Shown here piece after piece: positions 12,921 through 26,581 of a stretch of 64,000 nucleotides of DNA. The position numbers and the translations under genes were made by a program. The notes under the pieces were generated by a model that worked only from the letters and a program-made list of their open reading frames with translations, was not told the origin of the DNA and searched no databases. Source of the stretch: Eledone cirrhosa (Eukaryota); assembly GCA_964016885.1 (NCBI GenBank), contig OZ024740.1:355012001-355076000 (forward strand), in the 5' to 3' direction. Positions within the stretch are counted from its first letter, which is position 1; every line of letters begins with the position of its first letter.

Positions 12921-15900
12921 CTAAAACACACGCACACACATACATTTATATATACTTAAATGATGAAATATGGCTGATTGACTTAAAGATAACTTGTTTG
13001 ACTAGGCCTTCTGGTATATTAAACTAATAATTACTGAATTAGATATGGTAGCACCTCAGCAAAATAATAAATATAACCACCAGGAAGGTGTATCATAAAC
13101 CAAGGTTAAGCCTCTATCCTTATTTATGTCTGTGATTTTTATGAATAGTTCAGGTTATTGTTCCATTTATTGTAAACGTTGTTATTATCTATATTGTTTT
13201 CTAATGTAAAAAAAAATCATTACTTTTTCATTTAGCATACAAATGATTATTGTTTTGTTTTTTTTTGTTTTTTTTTGGAAGTACAAAAAAAAGGTTATGA
13301 AATTAAACAATAATTTGTGATTGCTAAAATACACTGTGTGGGGAGAAGAAAGGAAAAAAACGTGCTTTTTTTTGCATGTATACAATGTTCTTTTTTATTT
13401 TTATACTCATTTAATTTAAATATAAATTAGTGCTAGTGCCATGATAAAATGCACCCAGTACAACATGTAAGGGGTTTACTGTTAGGAAGGGCATCCAGCC
13501 ACAGAATCCATGCCAAATATGGAATGTATAAGCAAGATGAGGACTCTTTGACCTGTATAATCTCAGAACATGACAACCTGTCCAACCCATGCCAGAACAA
13601 ATGGCAGACATACAATGGTGATGATGTTACATGGGAGGGTGGGAAATAACTTGATTTTGTTTCATAGAACCAGAGGCTGTTTGGTGTGGTTTGGTATCAA
13701 AATGGTTAATTCTTTGTGTGATTCTGTTATCTTCAATGTGTCAAGAGTGTAGAGTTGATAGAAATCTGTTGGTGAATTGTGTTTAGAACTTGTTTTGATT
13801 GAAGCCAAATAACTTTTGTAACATTGATTGACAATGCACTTTGAAACTTATGAACCTCTCATATCCTCATCTTTTCTCCTCTTTTTGGAGATGGTAACTC
13901 TCAGATATTTAGACACATTTTATTACTGTTATGGTTTCAACATTTGGTAATGTGGAAAACAGATGTTAAATGAGGATGATGGTTCATAAGTATCTAAAAA
14001 TCTCATAGATTCCATCTAAAAAAAAAAAAAGAATAATAGATAAAAATAAAACCATAAAATCATTTCTTGTTCCATTTCACTCAGCTGAAAATAAGTACCA
14101 GTGACAGCTGGGAGTCAGCTCTGCAATGGATTGTTGTTTCGTGAGAGTTTAGTACTCTCAGTCCATGAAACTAAGATAAACTCTGGGCTTTGTCCAACCC
14201 ATGCAAATATGGAAAAATGTATGTAAAAACTCTAACTCTAAACTCACATTTTATTAAATTGGTTCAGAGATCTAAGAATAAAAATATATGCTTTTTAAAA
14301 TTCTCAGTAATATTGAATTGAATGTAAAAAACTGTTTCATATTTATAGACGAAAGGGAAGCAAGATTTTTTGAGGTTCAAGTTGCTCCGAAAGTCTTTAA
14401 TGATGCTAGGAATGTGTGTTTGTTAAATAATCGTTTGTTTTGGATTATTGACCTCATCTTTAGATATAAAATAGCTTTTAACATTTACATTTACGTACTC
14501 TATGAATTGCTTGATTTCCACCCCTCATCAGATGTCTCATTCCTGGATGTATACATAGTACCATGTTGGGTTCATGATCATAAGGTTTTGTGTTCGATTC
14601 CCAGAGCAAGCAGTGCATTGTGTCCTTCAGCAAGACACTCTATTTCATATTGCTTCAATTCACTCAGTTGGCAAAATGTATTGTGTCTGTAATTCAAGGA
14701 ACCAACCTTGTCACACATTGTGTCACACTGAATCTCCTTGAGTTCAACATTAATGACACGCATGTCTGGAATGTTCATCCACTAACATGTTAATTTCATG
14801 AACAGTCAGTTCTGTTGATTGAATCAATTGGAGCACTCATTGTTGGAAATGACAGAGGTACAACACAACACAACATAGTAACAAATTGGATTTGAATCAC
14901 AAACTTTTATTTTTAAGGACAGCCTAATGTATATGAATGTCATTCCCTTAATTTAGAAATAAATGTTCTTAGTACAAACCCAGTTTGATACTATGTACAC
15001 ATCTACAAATAAAGCACTTAATAATGATAAAGATCAAATTTATCAAAACAATGTAAAGATTAAAATCTCTGGAGATGAGGTTGATAGAGTTAAAAATTAT
15101 GGCACCAATGATATTTGTGAATTGAAGTAAAAATAATTTCAGTTGGAAATCAAGTTTATTTTATGAAATCTACAAGTTTGGTTTCTATGCTAAACACCTA
15201 TTCATAAAATGTATTTGGAAACAGAAATTTGTTATGCCTTCATTTTTTAATATCAAACCACCTGGAACTGCCCTTGGTTCTATGATACAAAGATGTTTAT
15301 TTTAAAGAGTTTATATTCATCTAAAACTCATCCATCATAATTTTATGTTGGGACAGTTGCTTATACTATTGAATCTTTCGAAATTTTTGATTATTTTCAA
15401 AACGATTTGAAAATCATAAAGATATGGTAATAAAAGAGTCAAATTGAAGTCATTAAATAGCTAGGAAAAAAAAATCAATAGATATTCTCTATATATTTCT
15501 GTATACAAATTACAGTTTGTAGCAGTTTCTTCAAAGTGTTGAATAGCATAGATACATTTTAAAACCAAGTGCAGTAAATAGACAGGAAGTTAAATCACTG
15601 GACTAGATAAATAGATCACAATATTTAAGTCAGGGATCATATTCCCTTTTCCTTCATGCAGTAGTGGTACAATAAATACCCAGTTATATACAGAAATCAA
15701 TTCAGTAAACAATCCTATCTTCTATATACACATATGTACAACATTGAAGTGAGTAATTAACTACAAATCTTATTTTATTACTTCTGATCAACTGTTTGTT
15801 GTTGAAAATGTTTTCTTCTTCTAATCTGAATGTCTTCACATTTTCCCAGCACTGTTATTATTAATGCATGCAGCATGTTTATCCACTTATCTTTTATTTC

Positions 15901-16356
15901 ATGGTTTGAATCATTTTTTGTTTGTTTGTTTTATTGTTTAATATTCTATTTGATTGTGTTTTGTATTATATACATCATCTGAATATATAAATAAATGAAT
16001 AGATAAATAAATAAATTGTTAACCACATTGCTGGTTGTAAACGTTGAAGTCTATTGATTCCCTCAGGTTATAGCTTGACTAGATGTTGTAATTTATCTAT
16101 CATTCAACTGTATTGATTAACCAACTCCTCTTGTATGTTATGTATTCTCAATGATAAATAATATATATGTATATGTGTGTATGTGTGTGTATATACACAT
16201 GCGCTTTTATAAATATATATATATATATGCTGGGACTGAGGAGACAACTAATCATGTGAGTACTTGATACATGGAGAAATGTAGAGATGTGTAAAATCCC
16301 GACTGTGGTGCCAAGCAAAAACAAACCAAAACCACTTGCCGCCAGGGTCGGGTTTT

Positions 16357-16406
<50 letters not shown>

Positions 16407-17058
16407 GGACACATATAGACATATATATATATATATACACACAGACACATATAGACATATATATATATGGACACATATAGACATACACACAGAGTTGTTA
16501 GTGCAGTTGAATGGAAAGGAACTTAAAACTGCCATTTTTCACATTAAGAGTCAATGTATACTTATAATGTAGCCTTCTGAGTGATTTAGTTTGATGCTGA
16601 AACTAAGTATTTTCCGTGATTGGTAGCTTAAAAGATAGTTCTTTAAAATTGTATTTTATTGGTTTCTTTTAATGTAAATTTGTAATCATGCTAAAGATCT
16701 GAATTTATTTGGAATTTAAGGAACCTTGTATACTGTAATGAATCGAAAAGAATAAAAAAACTAATTTGTTTAGGTTAATATAATGTCTAATATTTTTCTC
16801 TCTGTGTATAATAAAACTATGAGAGACTACAGTTATGTTATTCATTTGATATTTATCAAATAGAATTCACTTAGTTTAGATGAGAGGCTATGTAAATGAA
16901 ATTATTTAAAATAATTTTTAGACAATTTAAAATAATTTTTAGACAATTTAGAATAAAATCTAGAACATTTTTAGTTTTGTAATATTTCTAATTTAAAATC
17001 CTTAAAATGTTTGTAGTTTTTGTCTAATCATCCCTTTTTTTAATTTGTTTATTTTTAG

Positions 17059-18163
17059 GTAAAAAAATCAAAGCAGATACTCTTTCTGATAGTGGTTTAG
17101 TAAAGGCATCCAAAGAGAAACATTCCCCTAAATCCCCTACAGTTCCAATTATCAATACAAATAAGTGCCTTCAAAATGTTGATGGACAAGTTAATGAAGC
17201 CTTCTTACTTGACAGGGAAACTCCGGAAAATTTGTCCCCGAAAAACTGTCATAATCACCAATCAGAAAATATAATTCAGGATAATGAAAATACATTGTCA
17301 GATTGCTCTGAAGTTGTTGAAAGTATTTCTAACAATATCGATGCAGCATTGAGTTGTTCAGAATCTGCGGAGGATCATTCAAACAATGTTGACTCTTTAT
17401 CTACGTGCTCAGAAGCTCTAGAAGCTGTTTCATTAAACAATGCTGACACACTGTCCAGTTGTTCGGAACCTTTAGAGGTTGCTCTGAATGAGAATGCCAT
17501 ATCTGATTGCTCAGAAGTGGCAGATGTTGTTTCAAAAGAGTCTAATGTACACTCTAATTATTCAGACAATTGTCAAGTAGTACAAGACTCAATCCCCAAC
17601 AGCAGCAATACTGTTTCAAATAATATTGATCTCAATAAAAAAGAAGATAAAACTGATTCATGCATAGACAGTCCTAGTGAGGTCTCTCAAGACAATAGTC
17701 TTGGCCTTTGTTCTTCATCAACCATTACAAGTGAACGAAACTCAACCGATGAACAAATAACAATCTTTGAGCTTCTGAAAGAAGAGTTTGCTAAAGTAAA
17801 CCTCGAGGAAAAGATTAGAGGAGAGGTGATAGTGGAGGATGAAAGTTCTGAAGAGAAGGATGACTTTGAATCTGACTATTATCAAGCACCCAACAGTCCT
17901 CTTCATACTCAAAAGTCTGCTAGTGACCCAGACATTCATCAGAGTGTCATATGTCGAGCAAGGAGCTCTGAGCTATCACTTGCTGAAACATTAACAGAAG
18001 GCACTGGTAGTATTGGACCAAATGGTACTATCTGGTCGCAGTCGACAACCACTGGAAATTCTGCCATATCATCATCATCATCATTTCCTGAGCTTTCGCG
18101 AATATATGACTTTAAATGTGATATGCCAAGGCTTGTGTCAGCTGTAGGGCACAAAACTGTGAA
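17059..18163 (+). CDS. FAM135A: Large acidic Ser-rich internal exon of the FAM135-family gene
   Basis: TTTTTAG acceptor at 17058; 1105-nt open frame containing ORF 17232..18167; donor AA|GTAAGT at 18164; phase 2 joins the 26522 exon. Fits the large low-complexity central exon of FAM135 genes. Confidence 0.85.
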
Positions 18164-19628
18164 GTAAGTAATTTTTCTTGTTAAATCTTCTTTGTTATAT
18201 TAAAGTTTTCATCAATCAGTCATTTTTTATGAACCTATATACAAGCAAACTTTGGTATATTTGCATCAAGGGCTTGACAACCACTTTAGAGAGGTTGGTG
18301 ATAGGAAGGGCATCCAGCCATAGAAAACTCACCAAACAAAAGGTTTGAGAAGACTATGATTGTATCAAAGACATGAAAACCTCATTAGTGCTGGTGCCAC
18401 AAATAAAATGCACCAGGTGTACTCTGTTGTGTGTGGGAATGTATGTAAGTGAGATGTAGCCTCAGGCCAGTCTGAGAGATCAGTAACTCTTATTAAGTAC
18501 TGACTTGATCTTTGACAATATCCAACTAGCATAGAAAACAGATATTTGATGATGATGTATAAAGTATCAAGTTATATTCAAACATATATACACATGTGTT
18601 TCTGTTGTTTTTTCAATGACAGGCTGACCTTGTTTGAACAGACTTATGGGCAAATGAATTCCAGAAGTGATTTTATTTTATGTCATACCAGAGACTGCAT
18701 TGTTTAATATATTTTTTTTTTATTATAATCTTTAAGACGATAGTGTGTTATATGAGGAAGCTATGGCTGCTATTTATTTTATTTCTAGAAAAGTATGCTA
18801 GACATTTGAAACTAGATGTAGAGAGAAATAAAGAACTTGCTGTCCAATAGGCTGGCAAATATGGTGTATATATCATCATCGTTTAATGTCTATTTTTCCA
18901 TGCTTGCATGGGCTAAATGAGTTGTCCACATTATGATTCAAGTTTGGCCAGATGGCCATGCCATACCTTGTACATATCAGGACTGTGTGTTGGCTGGGTT
19001 TTTACAGCTGCTGGGTGCTCTTCATAACACCAACCATGTATATAGTGTGGAACTGGGTGGCACCATTATGAGTCATGTCTGGCCAATTGGCCACGCTGTA
19101 CCTTACTGTATTTTGGCTGAGATTTTTACAGCTGGATGCCCTTTCTAACAGCAACTATGTTTACAGTGTGGAACTGGGTAACACCATTATGAGGGAGATC
19201 TGACCAATTGGCTGTGCCATGCCTTGATCATAGTGGGGACATGCTTAGGCTGGATTTTTACAGCTGCTGAATGTCCTTCCTACTGCCAACCACTTTTATA
19301 GAATGGAACTGTGTGGTCCTTTTATGAAGAGGGGTCTGGCCAGTTGGCCATGCCGTACCCTGCTTGTAACTGAAACTAACTTTGAATGTAAAGCATCAAA
19401 CTTTTGAAATGCTGAAGGGTTATGAAGTTTGTACAAAATGTAGGAACTCAAATGCAGAAATGATTGCAAATTTAGTCAGTTTCTATAAATAATAGCCTAT
19501 AAAATCAGGGAAAATCTGCTATGGTTGGGAAAAAGTGATCAGCAGCTGCTACGAAGAATGAAACTGCATACCTTTCAGATACCAGCTGATTGTCCGAGCT
19601 AAACGACCTCTGATATATATATATATCT

Positions 19629-20997
19629 ATCATTATCATCATCATCAATTTACGTCCACTTTTACCTGCTTGCAAGGGTGGGACGGGTCCTCTTCAGCAT
19701 ATCTCCATTCGTCCCGGTCCCTCATCATCTCCTCTGAGCTTCAGCAATATGAAGTCAGCTCTCACCACCTCCGCCCATGTTTTTCGAGGTCTTCTACTGG
19801 GTTTTCCTTCAACTGGAATTTCCTGGCACTTCTTCACCCAGCAGTCATCTTCCATGTGCATCGCATGGCCATACCAATGCAGTCTTCTTTCCTGCACACT
19901 ACAGTTTATCCTTCTTATACAGTTTCACTCTCTACTTGTCTATGCTTGGTCGTTCTTGCACATTGACATTGCACATCCATCGGAGCATGCTTGCTTCATT
20001 TCTCTCCAGCCATCACATATCCTCTGCAGTTGCTGCCCATGTCTCACTAAACATGCAGCATCGCACATCTCGCACAGGCATCATATAACCGACCTTTCGT
20101 TCGTAGGGAGAAACCCTTTGTTGTCAACAGAGGAAGCAGTTCCTGTTCTTATTCTAGATACTATGGCCTCGGAGCATCCTCCTCCCTTGCTAATCTGATC
20201 AACTAGATATCGGAAGCTATCAACCGCCTCTATAGATCCTACCTACATTTGAAAAATGGGCCTATCACTGATACAACTACTATCAAATTTTCCTGAACAT
20301 CTACCACATATGAAATTTTATCTTCCTGTTAGTTTGCCTGCTATCCCACTACACCTCTTGTGTACCCAAGATCTGCATTGTGTACATTCTATAGAGTTTA
20401 TGCCAACTCCTTTTCTACATATCGAACATGGAATCAGTCTTGTCCTCTTTCCTACTTATCAACACTTTAGTCTTAGCTAGGTTCACTCTCAGTCCTCTTG
20501 ATTCCAACTGCTGTTTCCATAGCCAAAATTTATTCTGTAGCTCCTCTACTGATTCTGCTATAAGTACCAGATCGTCAGCATAGAGAAGTTCCCATGTTAT
20601 AGCTTGGAGAACTATAACGAATAAAAGTAGGCTGATGACCGAACCCTGGTGAACTCCTACTTGTATCTGGAATTCCTTACTAAACTCCATTCCGACTCTC
20701 ACTTTACTGACAGCTCCTCTGTGCATAGCTTGCACTGTCCTCACAAGCTATTCCTCTACACCTAGTTTCCTTAGGGACTACCAGATGACAGATTGGGGGT
20801 ACTCTATCAAAGGCCTTCTCTAGGTCAACAAAAGCTAAATATAGTGGCTTATTCTTCTCTAAGAACCTCTCTTGTAGTTGTCTCACAAAGAAGAGGGCAT
20901 CTCTTGTACTTTTCCCAGGCACAAAACCAAACTGCATCTCATCTAATTTGACTCTTGCTCTAATTAGTTGTGCTAGCACTCTTTCTGTCACTTTCCG
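19629..20997 (-). mobile_element. Older degenerate RTE LINE fragment (related subfamily; RT and PHD remnants)
   Basis: Frameshifted ORFs with QFGFVPGKST, DLEKAFDRVP, GVHQGS, LLYADD, RRLHWYGH; (CAT)n tail. Confidence 0.92.
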
Positions 20998-21149
20998 TCA
21001 GTTTTATGCCCCTATAATTGCTCCTCTCCAGAGTATGCCCTTTATATTTGTAGCAATTTACAAGAATACTGCTGCACCAGTCTTTGGGTATTTATATACA
21101 CACATATATGTATGTATGCATATATATATATATATATATAAATACACAC

Positions 21150-21180
<31 letters not shown>

Positions 21181-21764
21181 CACACACACGCAAAGTACTC
21201 CATATCCTAACATGTTGTAAGTGGCGACTAAAAGAGTTGGAATCAAGAAGGGCATCTATCTGTAAAACATTGTCTCAAAATGTCTCATCCAACCCATGCC
21301 AGCATGGAAAAGTCAACGTAAATATGATATTAATGATATATGTTGTATGTTGTTTATAGTGTGTGTGTGTTTAACATTGTTTATGAATGTAATGTGTGGG
21401 TGTCAGGCTACACTTGATGAACTTTGCTAATTTACTATGAACATGTCCATTCTTGAAAGGGATTAGTCACACATGAGGCTGTGCATGTGTGCGCGCACGC
21501 ACGCACACATGCATACATACAGTGGCTTTCATCTACAAATGTCAATAAGTTGTGTGTAGTGCATCTTACAAACAGTGATCTATATATGATCAATAATATT
21601 ATGATTTTACATTTAGTTTGTTTCCTCATATTAAGGGATAGTGTAGGATAAAAGTCAATGTTATATATATAGAGAGAGAGAGATAGATAATAAATTGCCT
21701 CATATTTCAAGGAATAGTGTGGGTTAAAAGTCATTTATTTACATATATATATGTGTATATGTGT

Positions 21765-21858
<94 letters not shown>

Positions 21859-23257
21859 GTTGGTGTATATATGTGTGTGTCCCACCCTTGCAAGCAGGGA
21901 AAAGCAGACGTAAAATGATGATGATGATGATGATATATCTATATATATAGAGTTTCACTTATTATTGCAATATGAAATATCATGGCTATAAATATGACTA
22001 GTATCTTTTAGTTCTGAGTAAAAAATAAATCAATATTCTGTTTAATATTCAGTTATCAATGTTCTGTTTAAAGGAGTATTTTATTTACTTTATTTATAAA
22101 ACAGGATGGTTTTTACTGAATGTTTCACTAGTTTGTATGTGTTGGTGTGTATGTGTGTGTAAATATTTTAGGGTCAGTCAACAAAAGGAGTTGTGCATAA
22201 TATAAAGAGAAAATATTTTAATGCTTTGGATACTGACCCACCCAAAATTCTCTCTGGTTGTATGGAGTAACATCATCCATTTAGAAGGTTCCTATTTAAA
22301 TTAACCCCCCCCCCCCCCCCCCAACATGATTTTATATATTTGTATATATATATATATCTATCTATCTAAGGCGGGTAAAATTCCCAAAATCCATGGACGA
22401 GTTCTCTCCAGCAGTCTCTGTCCCTCATTATCGCTGTCATATATATAAACTTTTTGTTCTGTTACAAATACATACCATTTTAATAATTGAAATTATTTTA
22501 GTAAATCCCTCCAAATTCAAATATGGTGTATTTTATTAGAAATATGGTTGGTAATGAAAGGGTTAAAAATATAAGGTAGATATAGCCTGTTTGTAGCTTA
22601 ACCCTTTAGCATTTAAACCGACCATTTCCAGTCAGAATTCTCTCACCTCTTTCTGTTGAAACCAGCTATAACTGGCTGCTCATACTTATGTTAAGGTATT
22701 GCTCTCAAAATAAATGATATCAAAATTTCATAGATTCGATATTATGTGAGATAAAGCCTTGACCATGAAAATACTATAGTAAATGTAGAGTAATGTAGAT
22801 GTTAAAGAGTTAATTTATATTTTATGATGTTAGTATCTGTGTTAAGATTTTTGCTTTTGGAATTATGAAATAGAATAAAAGAATAATAGAATAAATTTAT
22901 GTGAATTCTATCTAAATACCTACCCTTCTTTCTTTCCTCTCTCCATTCTGTGTTTCCATTTATTCCTCCTTCTTTTATTTCTTTCATGGAATTCAGATAA
23001 AAATATTGTTTGTGTATATGAGTGTGTGCATATATGTATATGTACACACACACACACACGTGTGTGTGTGTGTTTATATAAAATATGTGATTATAGTGTA
23101 TTACTTCACTATATTCTTTTGTAAGATGAGAGCTCTATGCACATTACAGTCCTTAGTTCATCAGGATATTTAAATATTCTATGAGCGTAGAAATGAAGGA
23201 ATAAATATAATTTCCTTGATATTTTCTAATATTGTACATATTTATATATCAAACTTT

Positions 23258-23556
23258 AAAGTGGCCATGATGGCGGCATGACAAAAAGCACCCAGTACTC
23301 ACTGTAAAGTGGTCATGTAGGCGTCACAATAAAACACTCAGTCCACGCTGTAATGTGGCCATGTAAGTAACACGGTAAAAACCTCCCAGTCCACACTGTA
23401 AACGTGGTTGGTGTTAGGAAGGGCATCCAGCCGTAGAAAACCCGCCAGACAGTCCTGAGCAAGATAACCAATCTTGCCTCAAATTGGGACAATTCCCGTC
23501 CAGACCCATGCTAGCGTGGAAGGTGGACGTTAAACGATGATGATGATGATGATGAT
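23258..23556 (+). mobile_element. Non-coding element corresponding to the RTE 3'UTR and tail, with ~48-bp internal repeats
   Basis: GGTTGGTGTTAGGAAGGGCATCCAGCCGTAGAAA core and CCATGCTAGCGTGG...GGACGTTAAACGATGATG end shared with the LINE 3'UTR. Relatives at ~13430-13627, ~18872-19360(-), ~26690-26930(-), ~35000-35220(-), ~35850-36166, ~50378-50755(-), ~54375-54512(-), ~56790-56955. Confidence 0.8.
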
Positions 23557-24304
23557 ATATATATATATATATGATGGCTGCACCTCAATTTCAAGTTATG
23601 CCATTACTTGATACTTAAGCATGGATGTGGCTTTTTAGTCCTGTTAGGGACTTGCCTATGGCCAGCAAAGCCATGCATTGCAAAAAATACCAAGTGATGC
23701 CTGTGCATGAAGCTTTTTTAAGTGAGGAAAGGCGTGGCACGGAGCCAATCCCATTTTCTGAACATTGAATGCATTTACCCAAAAGGTAGAACAGGTCTAC
23801 ATCATTGGATGCAAATAAAGTGGCAGGTTTTATATCAGACTGACCTTCTCTTAGAGAGATGTCTTAATGAAGACTAGTAGTCTCTTGTTCCACAAGAAAA
23901 AAAACAAACTTTATTAGATGTCTGTTAACTCTTCTGAGTTCCTCCACCTTTTGACAGGTTTTGTTTTTCATCCTGCAGAGCGTCCACAATCACCCTCCTC
24001 ACCAAGCAAGCTTGGTGGGGTTGCCAGTTTAGTCACCAACAACCCAACCATGTATAGGTTGTACTGGGTTACATGTTACCAGTAACGCTGAAGAGCAACC
24101 TGACACACATATATACATATACACTCATACATATATCATACATACATTGACTTTTCACCCACACTATCCCTTGAAATATGAGAAAACAAACTAAATAAAG
24201 TCATAAGATTATTGATCCTATATAGATCACTGTTTCTGAGATGTGCTACATACCACTTATTGACATTTCAAGATCAATATTATTTATTAATATTATAAAA
24301 GAAA

Positions 24305-24345
<41 letters not shown>

Positions 24346-24350
<5 letters not shown>

Positions 24351-24541
24351 CGGTGGATTGGCAGTATCGGTAGAGGGTCGGACGCCATGCGTTGCAGCAT
24401 AGAGTTGCGCCCCTTTACGGTCTGAGTTCAAATCCCGCCGAGGTAAACTTTGCCTTTCATCCTTACGGGGTCGATAAAATAAAGTACCAGTAATGAACTG
24501 GGAAAATTGCTGGCCTTGTGCCAAAAGTAGAAACAATTATT
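24346..24541 (+). mobile_element. tRNA-derived SINE with Deu/Nin-like central domain
   Basis: A box TGGCAGTATCGG, B box GAGTTCAAATCCC, core GCCTTTCATCCTTACGGGGTCGATAAAATAAAGTACCAG, (ATT)n end. Confidence 0.85.
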
Positions 24542-26119
24542 ATCATTATTAAGTATTAATTCATTTTTGTGAGTAAAATGTTTCGGCTATATAAAACCTC
24601 ATGCACATACATGGAAGCATGCATACACCCCTGCAGACACATGTGTGTGCCCACACACACTCACACACCTTCTCATCTAGCTATGTCCCAACTGTGATAT
24701 CTGAACTCAGTGAAGTTGACTGAGAAAATCAATACATTTCTCTTACAGTTACTAAGCAGTTTAAATGGTTGTGGATGAACTTATGATTCTCAGTTCAGTT
24801 AGCTAGCATTGTGCGATCTCTGCAAACTGTACACCATGTTTGCTTATTAAAAAGCCATATCATTTCTGTTTATGGTGCTGTATTATATGACACATGAAAA
24901 TGATAAGAAAGAAAAATATCAACATGAAGGAAAGGATTTTAAAATATTAATAAATAAGAGTTCTTGTAGTAATCCTTTTTACTTGTATTTTTTATGTTAG
25001 GTGCTGCTAATATATTTTCATTGGTTGCTTTATCTGCCACCCAGAGAGTTTGGTATATAAAATATGATCCGTTTCATTCTCACATGCATGCATAATTCAT
25101 TCCAATGTTGTTTTAATGAAATATAGTCAGGCATTTGATAACAAACGATATATATTAACTAATGAAGAATTTGTGAGTTGTTATGTGATACTGAATTTAA
25201 GTTAATGCATATCTGTGTTGTGTTAAGCAGTGAATGCTGACATATAGTTTTGTTATGCATTGGAAAATATAATATTGTTGTTCTACAATAACATAACCCT
25301 ATGTTACAGTATACTTGGCAGTAGAATTACTGTTGGATAGTACAACTCAGTTTGGCTTTAGTTGATTTATTACATTGAGGGAGTCAGCATTCAGTTGACA
25401 TTTTCACTCATGACGCAGTCCTTATATACTTGCATTTAATTTGATCCACTCACAAAGGCTAAGTTTATTTTGGAAGTATTTCAGGGAAAGAAAGAAAAAA
25501 AAAAAAGAAGCAAATGGCACAATAACATTTAAGCTATAAATTGAACAGTTCTCAATTCATTTCCTTTTCCCTCAAGAATGCAACCCATGGAAAGTGGCAG
25601 AAAAATGTTGATGATGATGAGTGGCATATTTAATAATGAAGTGTTCTCTTTGATATTCACTATGTATGGTTAAAGTTAGACAGTTGCAAAATTGAGATAT
25701 TCCTACATTTGAGTGTGGCTTTCTCTTTTGTGATGTTTCCCTCTAGGGTTATTTTCTTTATGACATTTTTAAACATGGAATCATAATGTTCAAGGTGGAA
25801 GGCTATGAGAAAGAAAATGATCACAGATAAGTGGAAGAGAAAAAGAGCTAGCCCCGTTTCTCAACTACAACTGATACATATGTTACAACAAAAAGCATAG
25901 ATACCACAGTTGAATCTTTTGAGATTACTACTGTAATGTCACCACATACAGTGAAGGAAAGTATCACTACCACTTGCAATAACAGCAATAACAGAAATTA
26001 AAACAATAATGACAAAACCACAAGGAAAATATTGTTCACTTCTCTTATGAGCTAATAAACAACCCATTTGCTGGTCAGCAAAGAAGGAGTAATCATAATA
26101 CACCCACTATATCTAAGTT

Positions 26120-26458
26120 TATGTTCTAAGTTCAAATTTCGCCAACATTAGCTTTGCCTTTCATCCTTACGGGATCGATAAAATAAAGCACCAGTAACAC
26201 ACTGGGGTAAATTTAATCGACTTTCCCTTCCTCCTAATTGTTAGCCTTGTGCCTAAAGTAGAAACGGTGGATTGGCAGTGTCAGTAGAGGGTCAGACGCC
26301 ATGCTTTGATGCATAGAGTTACGGCCCTTACCATTCTGAGTTCAAATCTCGCCGAGGTTAACTTTGCCTTTCATCCTTACGGGGTCAATAAAATAAAGTA
26401 CCAGTAATACACTGGGATAATTGCTGGCCTTGTGCCAAAAGTAGAAACAATTATTATT
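26120..26458 (+). mobile_element. Two tandem SINE copies (same family) just upstream of the 26522 exon
   Basis: B box plus core occurs twice (~26130 and ~26340). Confidence 0.8.
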
Positions 26459-26521
26459 ATCAATATTATTATTATTATCGTTGTTGTCATCATCTTTATT
26501 ATTATTTTTTTTCTTTAATAG

Positions 26522-26581
26522 TTTTGTATCTATGAAAGAGAATTTTAAGAAAGAATTAAAATATCAGGGTCATCTGTACAG
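26522..26581 (+). CDS. FAM135A: FAM135-family exon (NFVSMKENFKKELKYQGHLYS)
   Basis: AG/GT boundaries, phase 2-2; resembles the FAM135A segment SFLQAKEELKLLKLPGFMYS preceding the hydrolase domain. Confidence 0.85.

Noticed and set aside
14288-14692. 134-aa ORF or possible extra FAM135 exon starting near 14349
   Set aside because: Plausible acceptor, but no convincing frame-preserving donor and no homology; the 3' part runs into a SINE.
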